49,194 nt of DNA from a virus (Duplodnaviria; Caudoviricetes), in IMG/VR virus record IMGVR_UViG_3300032318_001844, positions 1 through 49,194 of that record; one strand, 5' to 3'. Every line of letters begins with the position of its first letter. Within the stretch, counting starts at the first letter, position 1. Positions 36,036-45,094 of this stretch are shown here, in pieces. A program made the translations under genes and the position numbers. The notes beneath the pieces were generated by a model that saw only the letters and a list, made by a program, of their open reading frames with translations, had not been told where the DNA came from and did no database searches.

Positions 36036-36437
36036 ATGCCCGATCCCTCGACGCCTCATGATGGTGTTGGAACGGTCCTCAACCTGTTCGGCACCGTCTA
36101 CACCGTCACGAATATCGTGATCTCGAACACGAACCCCGGTGCTGCCGCCGAGGCGACCGTGGACGTTGGGCACCTCGCTCAGACGACCGGCGAGACGCTC
36201 GCGAGGCTGAGCCGTCCGCTCGTGATTCCGGCCGACGACGGCGGCACGGGCCGCTCGGTCACGTTCGACTACCTCGGCAAGACCATCATCCTCGACGCGG
36301 CGACGGGCACGATCACGATCACGACCGGCGGCACCACGCTCATCAACGGCAAGGCCGCCACCGTGTCGTCGAGCACGCTGACGCTCGCGACGAACGACGC
36401 GATCCGTGGTCAGGCGACGATCACCGTGGCTCGCTGA
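36036..36437 (+). CDS. Putative tail tube protein
   Basis: Synteny; Thr-rich beta protein; AGGAG RBS. Confidence 0.6.
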   Translation: MPDPSTPHDGVGTVLNLFGTVYTVTNIVISNTNPGAAAEATVDVGHLAQTTGETLARLSRPLVIPADDGGTGRSVTFDYLGKTIILDAATGTITITTGGTTLINGKAATVSSSTLTLATNDAIRGQATITVAR

Positions 36438-36455
36438 CCGTGACGGAGGTCCGTC

Positions 36456-36833
36456 ATGGCTACGCGAGTCTCGGGCGTCTCTGTCACGTGGGGCGGCAGC
36501 GCCGTTCAGCAGGTCAGTAGCGTCACGCTCGATCTCGTCCGCGATATGCCTGCCGCGCGCACGGCACGGTGGACCCTCGACTTGGGCGAGGTCACGCTGC
36601 CTGCGTTTACTCGCACGGCGGTCCCCGAGAGCCAGTACGGCGTGCGGGCTCGTCTGACCGTGACGGCGCAGGACGACCAAGGCACCGCCACGTCGAGCAC
36701 GTTCACGGTTTTCGACGCCGACTGCGTCTACCTCGGTGCCGAGGTCCGTGGCGAGCTCAACGGCGTCTGGCAATTTGACCATCGGTTCAAAGTCATGGAT
36801 ACGGTCGGCGTATCGACCGCGTATCCATCATGA
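36456..36833 (+). CDS. Second tail-tube-like protein
   Basis: Similar size and beta pattern; GGAGG RBS. Confidence 0.5.
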   Translation: MATRVSGVSVTWGGSAVQQVSSVTLDLVRDMPAARTARWTLDLGEVTLPAFTRTAVPESQYGVRARLTVTAQDDQGTATSSTFTVFDADCVYLGAEVRGELNGVWQFDHRFKVMDTVGVSTAYPS

Positions 36834-36845
36834 GGTAAGTGGCAC

Positions 36846-37196
36846 ATGGCGACACTGACGGCAGAGCAGATTCTTGCGTCGAACGACGCCGGGCTCATGG
36901 GGCCGATCACCGTGCCCGAGTGGGGCGGCGACGTGTACCTCCGCGTGATGAACGTCGGAGAGCGTGACTCCTACGAGCGGCTCTGGATCGGAAAGAAAGA
37001 GACGGGCATTGAGAACTTCCGCTCGGAGTACCTCGCTCGCTGCCTGTGCAACGAAAAGGGCGAGCTCCTGTTCACCCGTGCCCAGGTCGTCGCGCTGGCG
37101 AGCCGCAGCGGTGCGGTCGTCGGTCGGCTCTTCGACTCGGCGCTCAAGCACAACAACATGACGGAGGCCGATGTCGAGCAGTTGGCAAAAAACTGA
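36846..37196 (+). CDS. Tail assembly chaperone (gpG-like)
   Basis: VPEWGGDVYLRVM..ERD; ends at a slippery site. Confidence 0.8.
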   Translation: MATLTAEQILASNDAGLMGPITVPEWGGDVYLRVMNVGERDSYERLWIGKKETGIENFRSEYLARCLCNEKGELLFTRAQVVALASRSGAVVGRLFDSALKHNNMTEADVEQLAKN

Positions 37197-37513
37197 ACGC
37201 CTCGCCATCGCGTCGGTTCCTCTTCGCGCTGGCGGGGCATCTGCGAATGACCGTTCGCGAGTTGTGCGAGCGGATGGATTCGCGGGAGTTGTCGGAGTGG
37301 ATGGCTTACACGCGGTATTTCGTTCCGCTGTCCGACCCGTGGCTTCAGACAGGACTGCTCGCATCGATCGCGATGGCACCGTACACGGACCCGAAGAGAG
37401 GAAAGCCGCCGACCGCAGAGGATTTCATTCCGAAGGCTCGGCCACCGCAGCACGAGTCGCAGGACCGCGAGGCGATCCTTCGGCTACGGCGTGAGATGGG
37501 GATCATCGACTAA
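37187..37513 (+). CDS. -1 frameshift extension of the tail chaperone (gpGT-like)
   Basis: Slippery A AAA AAC at 37187-37193 before TGA; -1 frame open to 37513 (LAGHLRMTVREL..MDSRELSEW). Confidence 0.82.
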   Translation, partial: KKLNASPSRRFLFALAGHLRMTVRELCERMDSRELSEWMAYTRYFVPLSDPWLQTGLLASIAMAPYTDPKRGKPPTAEDFIPKARPPQHESQDREAILRLRREMGIID

Positions 37514-37515
37514 TC

Positions 37516-40500
37516 ATGGCGAACATCCTCGGACTCGCGCTGAAGATCAGTGCGGACTCGACGCAACTGAAGCTCACGCCCGCAGAGCGTGCTCTTCAGA
37601 CGCTTGGCGCCGAGGCGGCGAAGCTCACGAGCGTATTCGCTCAGTTCACGGGCGAGTCGTCTGCCGCCTCCGCTGCGCAGCAGAAGTTCGCCACTGACCT
37701 CGCGTTCTTGAACTCGGCGCTGAAGACCGGGCAGATCACCGCCCAGCAGTACGCCGAGGAGTTCGCGAACCTTGCCCAGGCGTCGGAGCAGGAAGCCGCT
37801 GCTCTCCGCGAGGCGGCCCGAATCACCGAGTCGGTGCGGACGCCGTTCGAGCGGTTCCAGCGGACGGCGGGCGAGCTCGCGGTCCAACTCGAAGCAGGGC
37901 GGATATCGCAGGAGACGTACAACCGGGCGGTCGAGCAGGCGTCGAAGGGGCTGACGGACGCGGAGCGTGCCGCTGCGGGGCTCGCGGTCCAAGACCGTGC
38001 CATCGAGGAAGCCGCAGCAGCCGCAGCGGCAGCGGAGTCGGCTCGCGTCGAAGCACTGCGGCGAGGTGCCGCGATCACGGCATCGCTCCAGACGGACGAA
38101 GAGCGACGCGCTGCGAGGCTTTCTGAACTCGACGATCTTCTTCGCGCCGGTGCGATCTCGGAGGAGACATACACACGTGCCGTGGAGCAAGCTAGTGGCG
38201 TGCAGGAAGCAGCGTCGCGTGCCGAGCAGGAACGGCAAAGAGTCTTGGAGGAAGGGCGACGCATCACGCAGCAGTTCGCCACAGTCGAGGAACGTCGAGC
38301 CGACGAGCTCGCCAACCTTGATCGTCTGCTCGCCGCCGGTGCGATCTCGCAGGAGACATACAACCGGGCATCCGCAGAAGCGAGCGGTGCGAACGAGGCT
38401 GCGGCACGCGCGGAGCGAGAGCGAGCCGACGCCACGGCTGCGGCGAACAGAATCATTCAGGCGGGTCTCACTCCGCAAGAGCGGTACGACGCCGCAATCG
38501 TAGAACTGCGAGGGCACCTTGAGGCTGGCCGCCTGTCGCAAGATCAATTCAACCGTGCGACCGAGAGGGCACGGCAAGACCTCGACCGCACGACAACGTC
38601 AGCGCGAGCGAACGACCAGGCGTTGCAAGGCATCTCGCGTCAACTCACGGTCATCTCCCGGCTCCAGATCGGGCGTGCAATCGTCGATGGGTTTCAGGTG
38701 TTGTCCGGCGCTGTGCGTAGTGCGACCAGCCAGATCAGCGGCATCGTGTCGAGCGTGTCCACGTCGCTCGATTCGCTAAACGATCTCAGCAACCGGATCG
38801 ACGTGCCGGTCCAAAAGCTCCAGGGACTCGGGCTCGCTGCGAAGCTCTCGGGCATTGACACGGAGCAGTTCGCCACGGCGGTGACGCGGCTCGGCGTGTC
38901 GATCGGCAAGGCTGACCCAGGCGGTGCGTTCGACAAGACGCTCCGTTCGGTAGGCGTCTCGCTCGCCGAGATTCGCGGGCTGCGGCCCGAGCAGCAGTTT
39001 GAGGCGATCTCGGCGGCGATCGGTGCGTTGCCGACATCGGCAGACCGTGCCGCCGCTGCGGTTGAAATCTTCGGCAAGCAGGGTGCCGCTCTCGTCCCGC
39101 TGTTCAAGGAGGGCGCTGCAAGCGTCGAGGAGCTCACGGCGAGAGCCGAGCGTCTCGGGATCATCGTGAGCGAGGATCAAGTGTCGAACATCGCCAAGAT
39201 GAACGACGCGTTCGACCTCGTACGGGCGACGGTCGAAGGCATCATCGGTCAGGTGACGGGCAATCTCGCGCCGGTCGTCACCGCGATCGCCGATGAGTTC
39301 CTCGCGTTCGTTGAGTCGTTCTCCGGCGCGAATGGAGAAGGCGGCACGGCGATCGCCGATGCGATCACGGACACGCTTCTCAACGGTGCCGAGTTTCTTG
39401 CGGGCGTGTTCGATTCGTTCGTCTCGCAGTTCGGCGACCTGTCCAGTGTGCTCGTCGATGCCGGTGCTGTTTTTCAAGCGACCGGCGAAGTGTTCACGAT
39501 CGTCTACGAAGGGCTGCGTGCGGCATTCAATGCGTTCGAGATTGCTGGAAACTCTCTCGCCCTTGCTCTCGGCAAGGCGCTCGAAGCGATCGGATCGTAT
39601 CTCAACTCGGACCTCGAAGCGTTCGGGCGTGACTTGGTTGCAGCGAGCCAGGCGGCACTCGATCAGAACGCGCAGGAACTGATCGACGCAGCGTCTAGTG
39701 TCGGCGACGCCACCGATCGGTTGCTCAATGGAACCGACGGCGACGCTGCGGCGGCAGGCCCGGCCGAGCAGTTTATCGAAGGCATGAGGAGCCGGATCGA
39801 GCAAGCTCGCTCTCCAGAGTTCAAGGTCAACACGAACATCGACAAGACACGCGAGGCATTCGACGAGTTTTTCAACGGCATCGTTGATGAGTCCAGCCGG
39901 GTGACAGGCTTGATGCGTGAGTTCGAGGCGGCCGTCGCTGCGGCGCAAGAGGACGGCGAGCTCACGGCAGACGAGATCGCTCGCATCAACGAATTGCAGC
40001 AAGGTGTCAACGCTGCGATTCAGCAAGAGCTTGCCCTGCGTACCGAGGCGGTGACGGCTGCTCGCGAGCAGGCTGACGCCGACGCCAAGCGAATCGATTC
40101 GCTGCTCAAGACAACCGACGCAACGCAGAAAATCATCGACGACCTGTCGGCTGTCGAGCGCGAGATCGCCCGCGTTCAACAGGAGATCGCCGAGACCGGC
40201 ACAGGCGACAGCGGTGCCGCACAGGGGCGGCTCGATGAACTGCGGGCGCTGCAGGGTCAACTCGACGAGCAACTGCAAGCCGCAGCCCAAGGGTTCGAGG
40301 GCGGCTTCGAGAAGGCTTTCGAGGCCGTGGGCGGCAACTTCAACCGTCTCGCCGAGCAGGCCGCACAGTTTGGCGACGCTGGCAACGCAGCCGCCGCACG
40401 ACTCCAAGATGGCATCGCCGCCGCCCAAGAGCAGGCCCGCGACGGCATCCTCAACCGCGAGGCGTTCGAGGCCGAGGTCGCCCGCCAGCAGCAACTCTTC

Positions 40501-41154
40501 GAGCAGGAGATCGCGAACGTCAAGGCGGTCGCCGACGAACGGGCAAAGGTCAACGAACTCGTCGATCAGCGGTTCCTCCTCGCCCGGTTCGGTGGCGATC
40601 AGCAACGCCTCACGGCGGCACAGAACCTCGCCGCACTGGAACGAGAGATCGGGCGCGTCCAGGCTGACGTTCAAGCGGCCCGTGCTGCCGGGAACCAGGA
40701 GGAGGTCAACGCTGGGATCGCCCGCCTCGGGCAACTCGACCAAGTCGCCGCACAGGAGCGAGACATCGCGAGCGGTCGTCGTCAGTTGGAGCAGCAGCTC
40801 GGGCAGCAGAGGGAGCAGTACCTCAGGCAATTGGAGCAGCAACAGCAACAAGCCCAGCAGGCCCAGCAGAAATACCTCGAAGAGCAGGCGAAGGCCGTCG
40901 AGGCAGAGAACCAGCGGCAGGTCGCCCGCATCCGCGAGCTCAACACACTCGGCAGCGGTGTCATCCAGGGCAACGACATCAGAACCGCCGAAGGCGCAGC
41001 GCTCTTCCTCAACCTCGCCGCCAATCAGCAAGACCCGGCGCTCATCGAGGCGCGGCTCCAGACGCGGCGGCTCACCGAACTACGTGACACGCTCGTGGCG
41101 ATCTCGGCACAGTTCGCCGGGCCGGTCGTCCAGATTGGTGGAGGAGTCGGCTGA
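37516..41154 (+). CDS. Tape measure protein
   Basis: 1212 aa, Ala/Gln/Glu-rich helical; G.IS.ETY.RA repeats; follows the chaperones. Confidence 0.92.
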   Translation: MANILGLALKISADSTQLKLTPAERALQTLGAEAAKLTSVFAQFTGESSAASAAQQKFATDLAFLNSALKTGQITAQQYAEEFANLAQASEQEAAALREAARITESVRTPFERFQRTAGELAVQLEAGRISQETYNRAVEQASKGLTDAERAAAGLAVQDRAIEEAAAAAAAAESARVEALRRGAAITASLQTDEERRAARLSELDDLLRAGAISEETYTRAVEQASGVQEAASRAEQERQRVLEEGRRITQQFATVEERRADELANLDRLLAAGAISQETYNRASAEASGANEAAARAERERADATAAANRIIQAGLTPQERYDAAIVELRGHLEAGRLSQDQFNRATERARQDLDRTTTSARANDQALQGISRQLTVISRLQIGRAIVDGFQVLSGAVRSATSQISGIVSSVSTSLDSLNDLSNRIDVPVQKLQGLGLAAKLSGIDTEQFATAVTRLGVSIGKADPGGAFDKTLRSVGVSLAEIRGLRPEQQFEAISAAIGALPTSADRAAAAVEIFGKQGAALVPLFKEGAASVEELTARAERLGIIVSEDQVSNIAKMNDAFDLVRATVEGIIGQVTGNLAPVVTAIADEFLAFVESFSGANGEGGTAIADAITDTLLNGAEFLAGVFDSFVSQFGDLSSVLVDAGAVFQATGEVFTIVYEGLRAAFNAFEIAGNSLALALGKALEAIGSYLNSDLEAFGRDLVAASQAALDQNAQELIDAASSVGDATDRLLNGTDGDAAAAGPAEQFIEGMRSRIEQARSPEFKVNTNIDKTREAFDEFFNGIVDESSRVTGLMREFEAAVAAAQEDGELTADEIARINELQQGVNAAIQQELALRTEAVTAAREQADADAKRIDSLLKTTDATQKIIDDLSAVEREIARVQQEIAETGTGDSGAAQGRLDELRALQGQLDEQLQAAAQGFEGGFEKAFEAVGGNFNRLAEQAAQFGDAGNAAAARLQDGIAAAQEQARDGILNREAFEAEVARQQQLFEQEIANVKAVADERAKVNELVDQRFLLARFGGDQQRLTAAQNLAALEREIGRVQADVQAARAAGNQEEVNAGIARLGQLDQVAAQERDIASGRRQLEQQLGQQREQYLRQLEQQQQQAQQAQQKYLEEQAKAVEAENQRQVARIRELNTLGSGVIQGNDIRTAEGAALFLNLAANQQDPALIEARLQTRRLTELRDTLVAISAQFAGPVVQIGGGVG

Positions 41155-42032
41155 TGGGCGTCGCACACCATCGCGAACTACCGCGCTCGAACAAGTTCCG
41201 CCTCGGCGAGTCTCGCGACCTCACGCGGCAGTTCGTCGTCACACACGACGCGTCCGGGCAGGCGACGACGGCGAACCAAGTCGCGACGGCGCTGTCGCTG
41301 GACATCGGCACCGCTCATCCCGAGTACGCCGACGTGCGGTGCGTCGAGATCGAGTACGAGGAGAACTACGAGGGCTCGCAGTACCACTCGCTCGTCACGG
41401 CGAAGTACGGCTTCCCAAGCGGCGGGCTCGATCAACTCGCGGCACCGACGAGCCGACCGGCGTTGTGGACGTTCACCACGCAGGGCGCGACTGTGCCTGC
41501 GCTCTTCTACTACCACGGCAGCGGCAACGGCGACCAGCGTCCGCTGACCAACTCGGCCTACGACTACTTCGAGGGCCTCACGACCGACGAGGCTCAGTGC
41601 AAGGTCGTGATCTCCGAGAACCGTGCCACGTTCCCGTCGGCGCTCGCGATCGCGCTCACGAACACCATCAACTCGTCCTCGTGGATCGGCGGTGCGACGC
41701 ATTGCTGGAAGTGCCAGGGCATCTCGGGCGAACTCCGGTTCGAAGAGTACGGCGGGACGCTCCATCGCTTCTGGGCGGTGAAGGTCGAGCTCCTATTTCG
41801 TCAGACCGGCTGGCCGCTGCAACTACCCGACGTTGGATTCAACTTTCTAAGCGGCGGGCAGAAGCGACGCGGCATGGTGTTCGACTTTCAAAACGCCGAG
41901 TGGGTCGCGTCGCCCGGCCCGATTGGTCTCGACGGCAGCGGCAACCAGACGCTCGGTGCTCCCGCGATCCTGACGCGTCGGGTCCATCGCGAGGTGAACT
42001 TCAACGATTACTTCGGCTCCCCGCCAGCGTGA
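41154..42032 (+). CDS. Tail tip/distal tail protein
   Basis: Coupled directly after the tape measure. Confidence 0.6.
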   Translation: MGVAHHRELPRSNKFRLGESRDLTRQFVVTHDASGQATTANQVATALSLDIGTAHPEYADVRCVEIEYEENYEGSQYHSLVTAKYGFPSGGLDQLAAPTSRPALWTFTTQGATVPALFYYHGSGNGDQRPLTNSAYDYFEGLTTDEAQCKVVISENRATFPSALAIALTNTINSSSWIGGATHCWKCQGISGELRFEEYGGTLHRFWAVKVELLFRQTGWPLQLPDVGFNFLSGGQKRRGMVFDFQNAEWVASPGPIGLDGSGNQTLGAPAILTRRVHREVNFNDYFGSPPA

Positions 42033-42035
42033 TCT

Positions 42036-42566
42036 ATGGCCGACCCGGTGATCTTCGATCGCTCGTCTGCCGAGCGGATCGCGAACGCCGTGCGTCGCGT
42101 CGAGATCGGCGATCGCACCGAGGCACCGCTGCGGTTCGACACGGTCCCGCCGTCACAGCAGCGAAAGGCGTTCCGCGTTGCTACGTTCTCTGGCCCGTGG
42201 AGCCCAAACAGCACGAACACTGTGCAGATTGTATCGACCGGACAAACGGTCCAGGTGCTGAATCGCACGTTTCCTTTGTTCAGCGTTCCAGGTCACCTTC
42301 AAATTGCGTGCAGCATTGCCAGAGACGGCACGGCATGGCACCTCGTGGACGTTGGGAAGAACCAGAGTTTCGGCCACCTGTTTGCAGGCCAGTTTGCGAC
42401 CCGCACCGTCGTCACCGACATCCAGATCGCGGCGACGCTAAACACGACAAACTGCCAGATCACGGTGACGAAGACTCCGGTCACTGCCACTGTGACGATA
42501 GTGTTTTCGACATACACGGCTTCGTTCTTGTCGCTGGCCGGAATGACCTACCAGCCTGGAGTGTGA
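42036..42566 (+). CDS. Putative tail-tip protein
   Basis: Synteny; beta-rich C-terminus. Confidence 0.55.
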   Translation: MADPVIFDRSSAERIANAVRRVEIGDRTEAPLRFDTVPPSQQRKAFRVATFSGPWSPNSTNTVQIVSTGQTVQVLNRTFPLFSVPGHLQIACSIARDGTAWHLVDVGKNQSFGHLFAGQFATRTVVTDIQIAATLNTTNCQITVTKTPVTATVTIVFSTYTASFLSLAGMTYQPGV

Positions 42567-42569
42567 GCC

Positions 42570-43082
42570 ATGGCGTGCCCTTGCTGCAATCCTCAAATAT
42601 CATGCGCAAATCAATGCAACGGAAATGGAGTGCCATCGCAGATAGCGATGCAAATTACCGGAGTGTCATTTGGCGCGAACTCCGAATTTGACGCAAGCGA
42701 CCTAGAGTTCGACGTGCCGTCCACGTTCATCCTTCCACTGCTAGATCCTCAATCTGGGTGCAGGCTGTGGGGCGCAAGTTTTTTGCCTCGCACGACACTA
42801 TGTCGTGAGTGCGGCACCACTGGTGGATTCGGCGCTATTTCAGGTCTGGGAATTAGCGTTGGACGCCCAGCATTAGACCTCGACCAGCTCAATGTCTCGA
42901 TAGGCATCGCATTCGGGGCAGCAAACGCCTCGGGGAACTGCCTTGGCGCTTCGGGGTTTTTCATTGCTAATTCGATCGGCAACATTTGTGCGCTGCCACT
43001 GAGCGGCACGGCCACCACCCAGAACTCTGTATGCGCGGCGACGAACATTAGTTCCGTCGCGTTTACGCTGGAGGCGGCTTGA
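42570..43082 (+). CDS. Cys-rich protein
   Basis: MACPCC N-terminus; AT-richer segment. Confidence 0.6.
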   Translation: MACPCCNPQISCANQCNGNGVPSQIAMQITGVSFGANSEFDASDLEFDVPSTFILPLLDPQSGCRLWGASFLPRTTLCRECGTTGGFGAISGLGISVGRPALDLDQLNVSIGIAFGAANASGNCLGASGFFIANSIGNICALPLSGTATTQNSVCAATNISSVAFTLEAA

Positions 43083-43459
43083 TGCACTGTGAGTGGTTGC
43101 CGTGCGACGGCGGCAGCATGCGATGCTCTCGGTGCGGTCGCGAGGTGAAGTGTCTAGGGCATCCAGTATTCGCTACGTGCGCCATTGGTTCGCCACCACC
43201 ATCCGGCCCCGGCACCGAACTCTCCAAACTCTTGAAGCGATTCGGCATCGAGCCGACGCCGACTTGCCAGTGCCGGGCGAAAGCAACTGAGATGAACGCG
43301 TGGGGTGCAGACGAGTGCGAGAAGCCCGAACGCATCGAGGAGGTCGTCGCCGTGATGCGTGCGGAAGCCGAGGCTCGCGGCCTCCCCTTCTTCGATGTCG
43401 CCGGTCGCCTGCTCGTGCGTCGTGCGATCCGCAACGCCCGTCGTGCCGCTGCGAATTGA
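43082..43459 (+). CDS. Cys-rich protein with GPGTEL..CxC motif
   Basis: CSRC, GPGTELSKLL, CQC...MNAWG..C; TGATG coupling. Confidence 0.65.
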   Translation: MHCEWLPCDGGSMRCSRCGREVKCLGHPVFATCAIGSPPPSGPGTELSKLLKRFGIEPTPTCQCRAKATEMNAWGADECEKPERIEEVVAVMRAEAEARGLPFFDVAGRLLVRRAIRNARRAAAN

Positions 43460-43474
43460 CAAAGTATCCACCAT
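43456..43474 (+). promoter_or_regulatory. Class B motif
   Basis: TTGACA aagtatc CACCAT. Confidence 0.6.
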
Positions 43475-43495
43475 GGACGCAGGAGGACGGGTGCC

Positions 43496-43783
43496 GTGGC
43501 GGATGATCACACGATCACGATAGCGGGCGAGAAGTGGCTGCTCCGCTTCTCACGGCTCACAGGCAAGGCTGACGGCTGGACGTGCTATGACGAAAAGCCG
43601 CCGAAGATGCTCGTCGATTCTCGACTGACCGGCTCGCAGCGTCTCGAAACCGTCCTCCACGAGATCGCCCACGCTGTCCTCGGCTCCACGATCAGCGAGG
43701 AGACGGTGACCGAGCTGGCCCGCGTCCAGCGTCGTGTCCTCTGGCAGATCCTGCGTTACCGGGAGGTGCCGCGTGGCGAGTAA
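43496..43783 (+). CDS. Small zincin-like metallopeptidase (HEXXH)
   Basis: TVLHEIAHA followed by EE; AGGAGG RBS. Confidence 0.7.
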   Translation: MADDHTITIAGEKWLLRFSRLTGKADGWTCYDEKPPKMLVDSRLTGSQRLETVLHEIAHAVLGSTISEETVTELARVQRRVLWQILRYREVPRGE

Positions 43784-44045
43784 GGGCAAGCCAAAGTCGA
43801 TCGCTGACGAGATCGTCTCTCGCGTGCAGAACTACAGGCCCGGTTTCAACGCCTGGCACTGCGACCTGCCAGCCGACGTGCTCGCGGAACTAGAGGCACT
43901 TCGCGAGCGGTGGGTGAGCGGCGAACTCGGGCTGCAAAAGCGGGCACTCGCACGGTCCATCATTCAGTCCCTCAAGGATCGCGGTCTGCCCGTGAGCGGC
44001 GTACAGGGAGTCGAACATTGGCTGTGCGCAAACAAGCGTCGCTGA
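43773..44045 (+). CDS. Hypothetical protein (possibly HTH-like)
   Basis: GGAGG RBS before GTG. Confidence 0.6.
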   Translation: MASKGKPKSIADEIVSRVQNYRPGFNAWHCDLPADVLAELEALRERWVSGELGLQKRALARSIIQSLKDRGLPVSGVQGVEHWLCANKRR

Positions 44046-45094
44046 CCGACGCCGTCATCGCTGCCGCCGCGACGGCCGAGCAACTCGCCGCTGACGCCGA
44101 GGTCGCACGGCTTCGTGCCGAAGTTGCGGCGCTCAAGGGGCGCTATCGATCCGCACTCGCTCAGATCGACCGCGAGCGGGAGCGTGCCGACGCGTTCGTC
44201 GGGCTCAAGGGAATCGAGGGCAAAAAGCCCTTGACCAAAACTGTCAAGGGTCGTCGTCACCCGGCGACGATGGTCGTGCTGCTCAGCGACATCCACTGCG
44301 AAGAGACCGTGCGGCCGGAGACGGTCAACGGGCTCAACGCCTTCGACCTGGACGTGTGCGACGCCCGACTCTCTGAACTGTCGGAGCGATTCTTCGCCCT
44401 GCTCGAACACGAGCGGCAACTGTGCAAGATCGACCGCGTCGTCGTCTGGCTCGGAGGTGACCTAATAAGTGGCATGATCCATCCCGAGCTCGCGGAGGAG
44501 AACGCGCTGCACCCGCTCGCGGCGCTGCGGTGGATCGGCGAGCGGCTGCGTGGATTCATCGACGCCGTCAGCGACACGGCCAGCGAGGTGCTCGTCGTCA
44601 CGTCGTGCGGGAATCATGGACGCACCACGGAGAAGCTCCGCACGAACGAGGCCGACACGTCCTATGAACACCACCTCTACGTGACGATGGCGGCTGCGGA
44701 GTCGAGGAAGAACGTCACGTGGCTCGTCGGAGAAGGACACTTGAACTACGTCGATCTCGACGGGTTCACGATCCGGTTCATGCACGGGCACGCGGTGCGA
44801 TACCAGGGCGGCATCGGCGGCATCCACGTGCCGCTGAACAAGGCGATCGCCGCGTGGGACTCGACGCGACGCGCGGACCTCACGTGCCTCGGGCACTGGC
44901 ACCAGTTCTCGTGGAGCCGCTCGGGCCGCTACGTCACGAACGGAAGCGTGATTGGACCGTCTGCGTACTCTGTGCGAATCAAGGCGAGCTACGAGCCGCC
45001 GTGCCAAGCGGCGTTTGTCGTCGATCACCATCGACGCGAGGTGACGCGAGCCTATCCCGTGTTCTGCGACAGAGACCTGAGAGGAAAGACGTGA
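44018..45094 (+). CDS. Calcineurin-like metallophosphoesterase with N-terminal coiled coil
   Basis: SDIH, GGDL, GNHGR, HGH, GHWH motifs; TTG start inferred from RBS. Confidence 0.85.
   Translation: MAVRKQASLTDAVIAAAATAEQLAADAEVARLRAEVAALKGRYRSALAQIDRERERADAFVGLKGIEGKKPLTKTVKGRRHPATMVVLLSDIHCEETVRPETVNGLNAFDLDVCDARLSELSERFFALLEHERQLCKIDRVVVWLGGDLISGMIHPELAEENALHPLAALRWIGERLRGFIDAVSDTASEVLVVTSCGNHGRTTEKLRTNEADTSYEHHLYVTMAAAESRKNVTWLVGEGHLNYVDLDGFTIRFMHGHAVRYQGGIGGIHVPLNKAIAAWDSTRRADLTCLGHWHQFSWSRSGRYVTNGSVIGPSAYSVRIKASYEPPCQAAFVVDHHRREVTRAYPVFCDRDLRGKT

Noticed and set aside
37880-38400. Direct nucleotide repeats in the tape measure as a DGR template/variable pair
   Set aside because: They encode ordinary G.IS.ETY.RA protein repeats; no reverse transcriptase and no adenine-specific mismatch pattern seen.
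40271-40303. Extra AACTGCAAG inside the tape measure gene
   Set aside because: No YANNNT at positions 28-33; explained by Gln-Leu-Gln codons.
38776-41031. 751-aa antisense ORF, and others such as 30036-31856(-), 10227-11654(-) and 40214-42691(+)
   Set aside because: Shadow or alternate frames of well-supported genes in GC-rich DNA; no motifs and biased composition.
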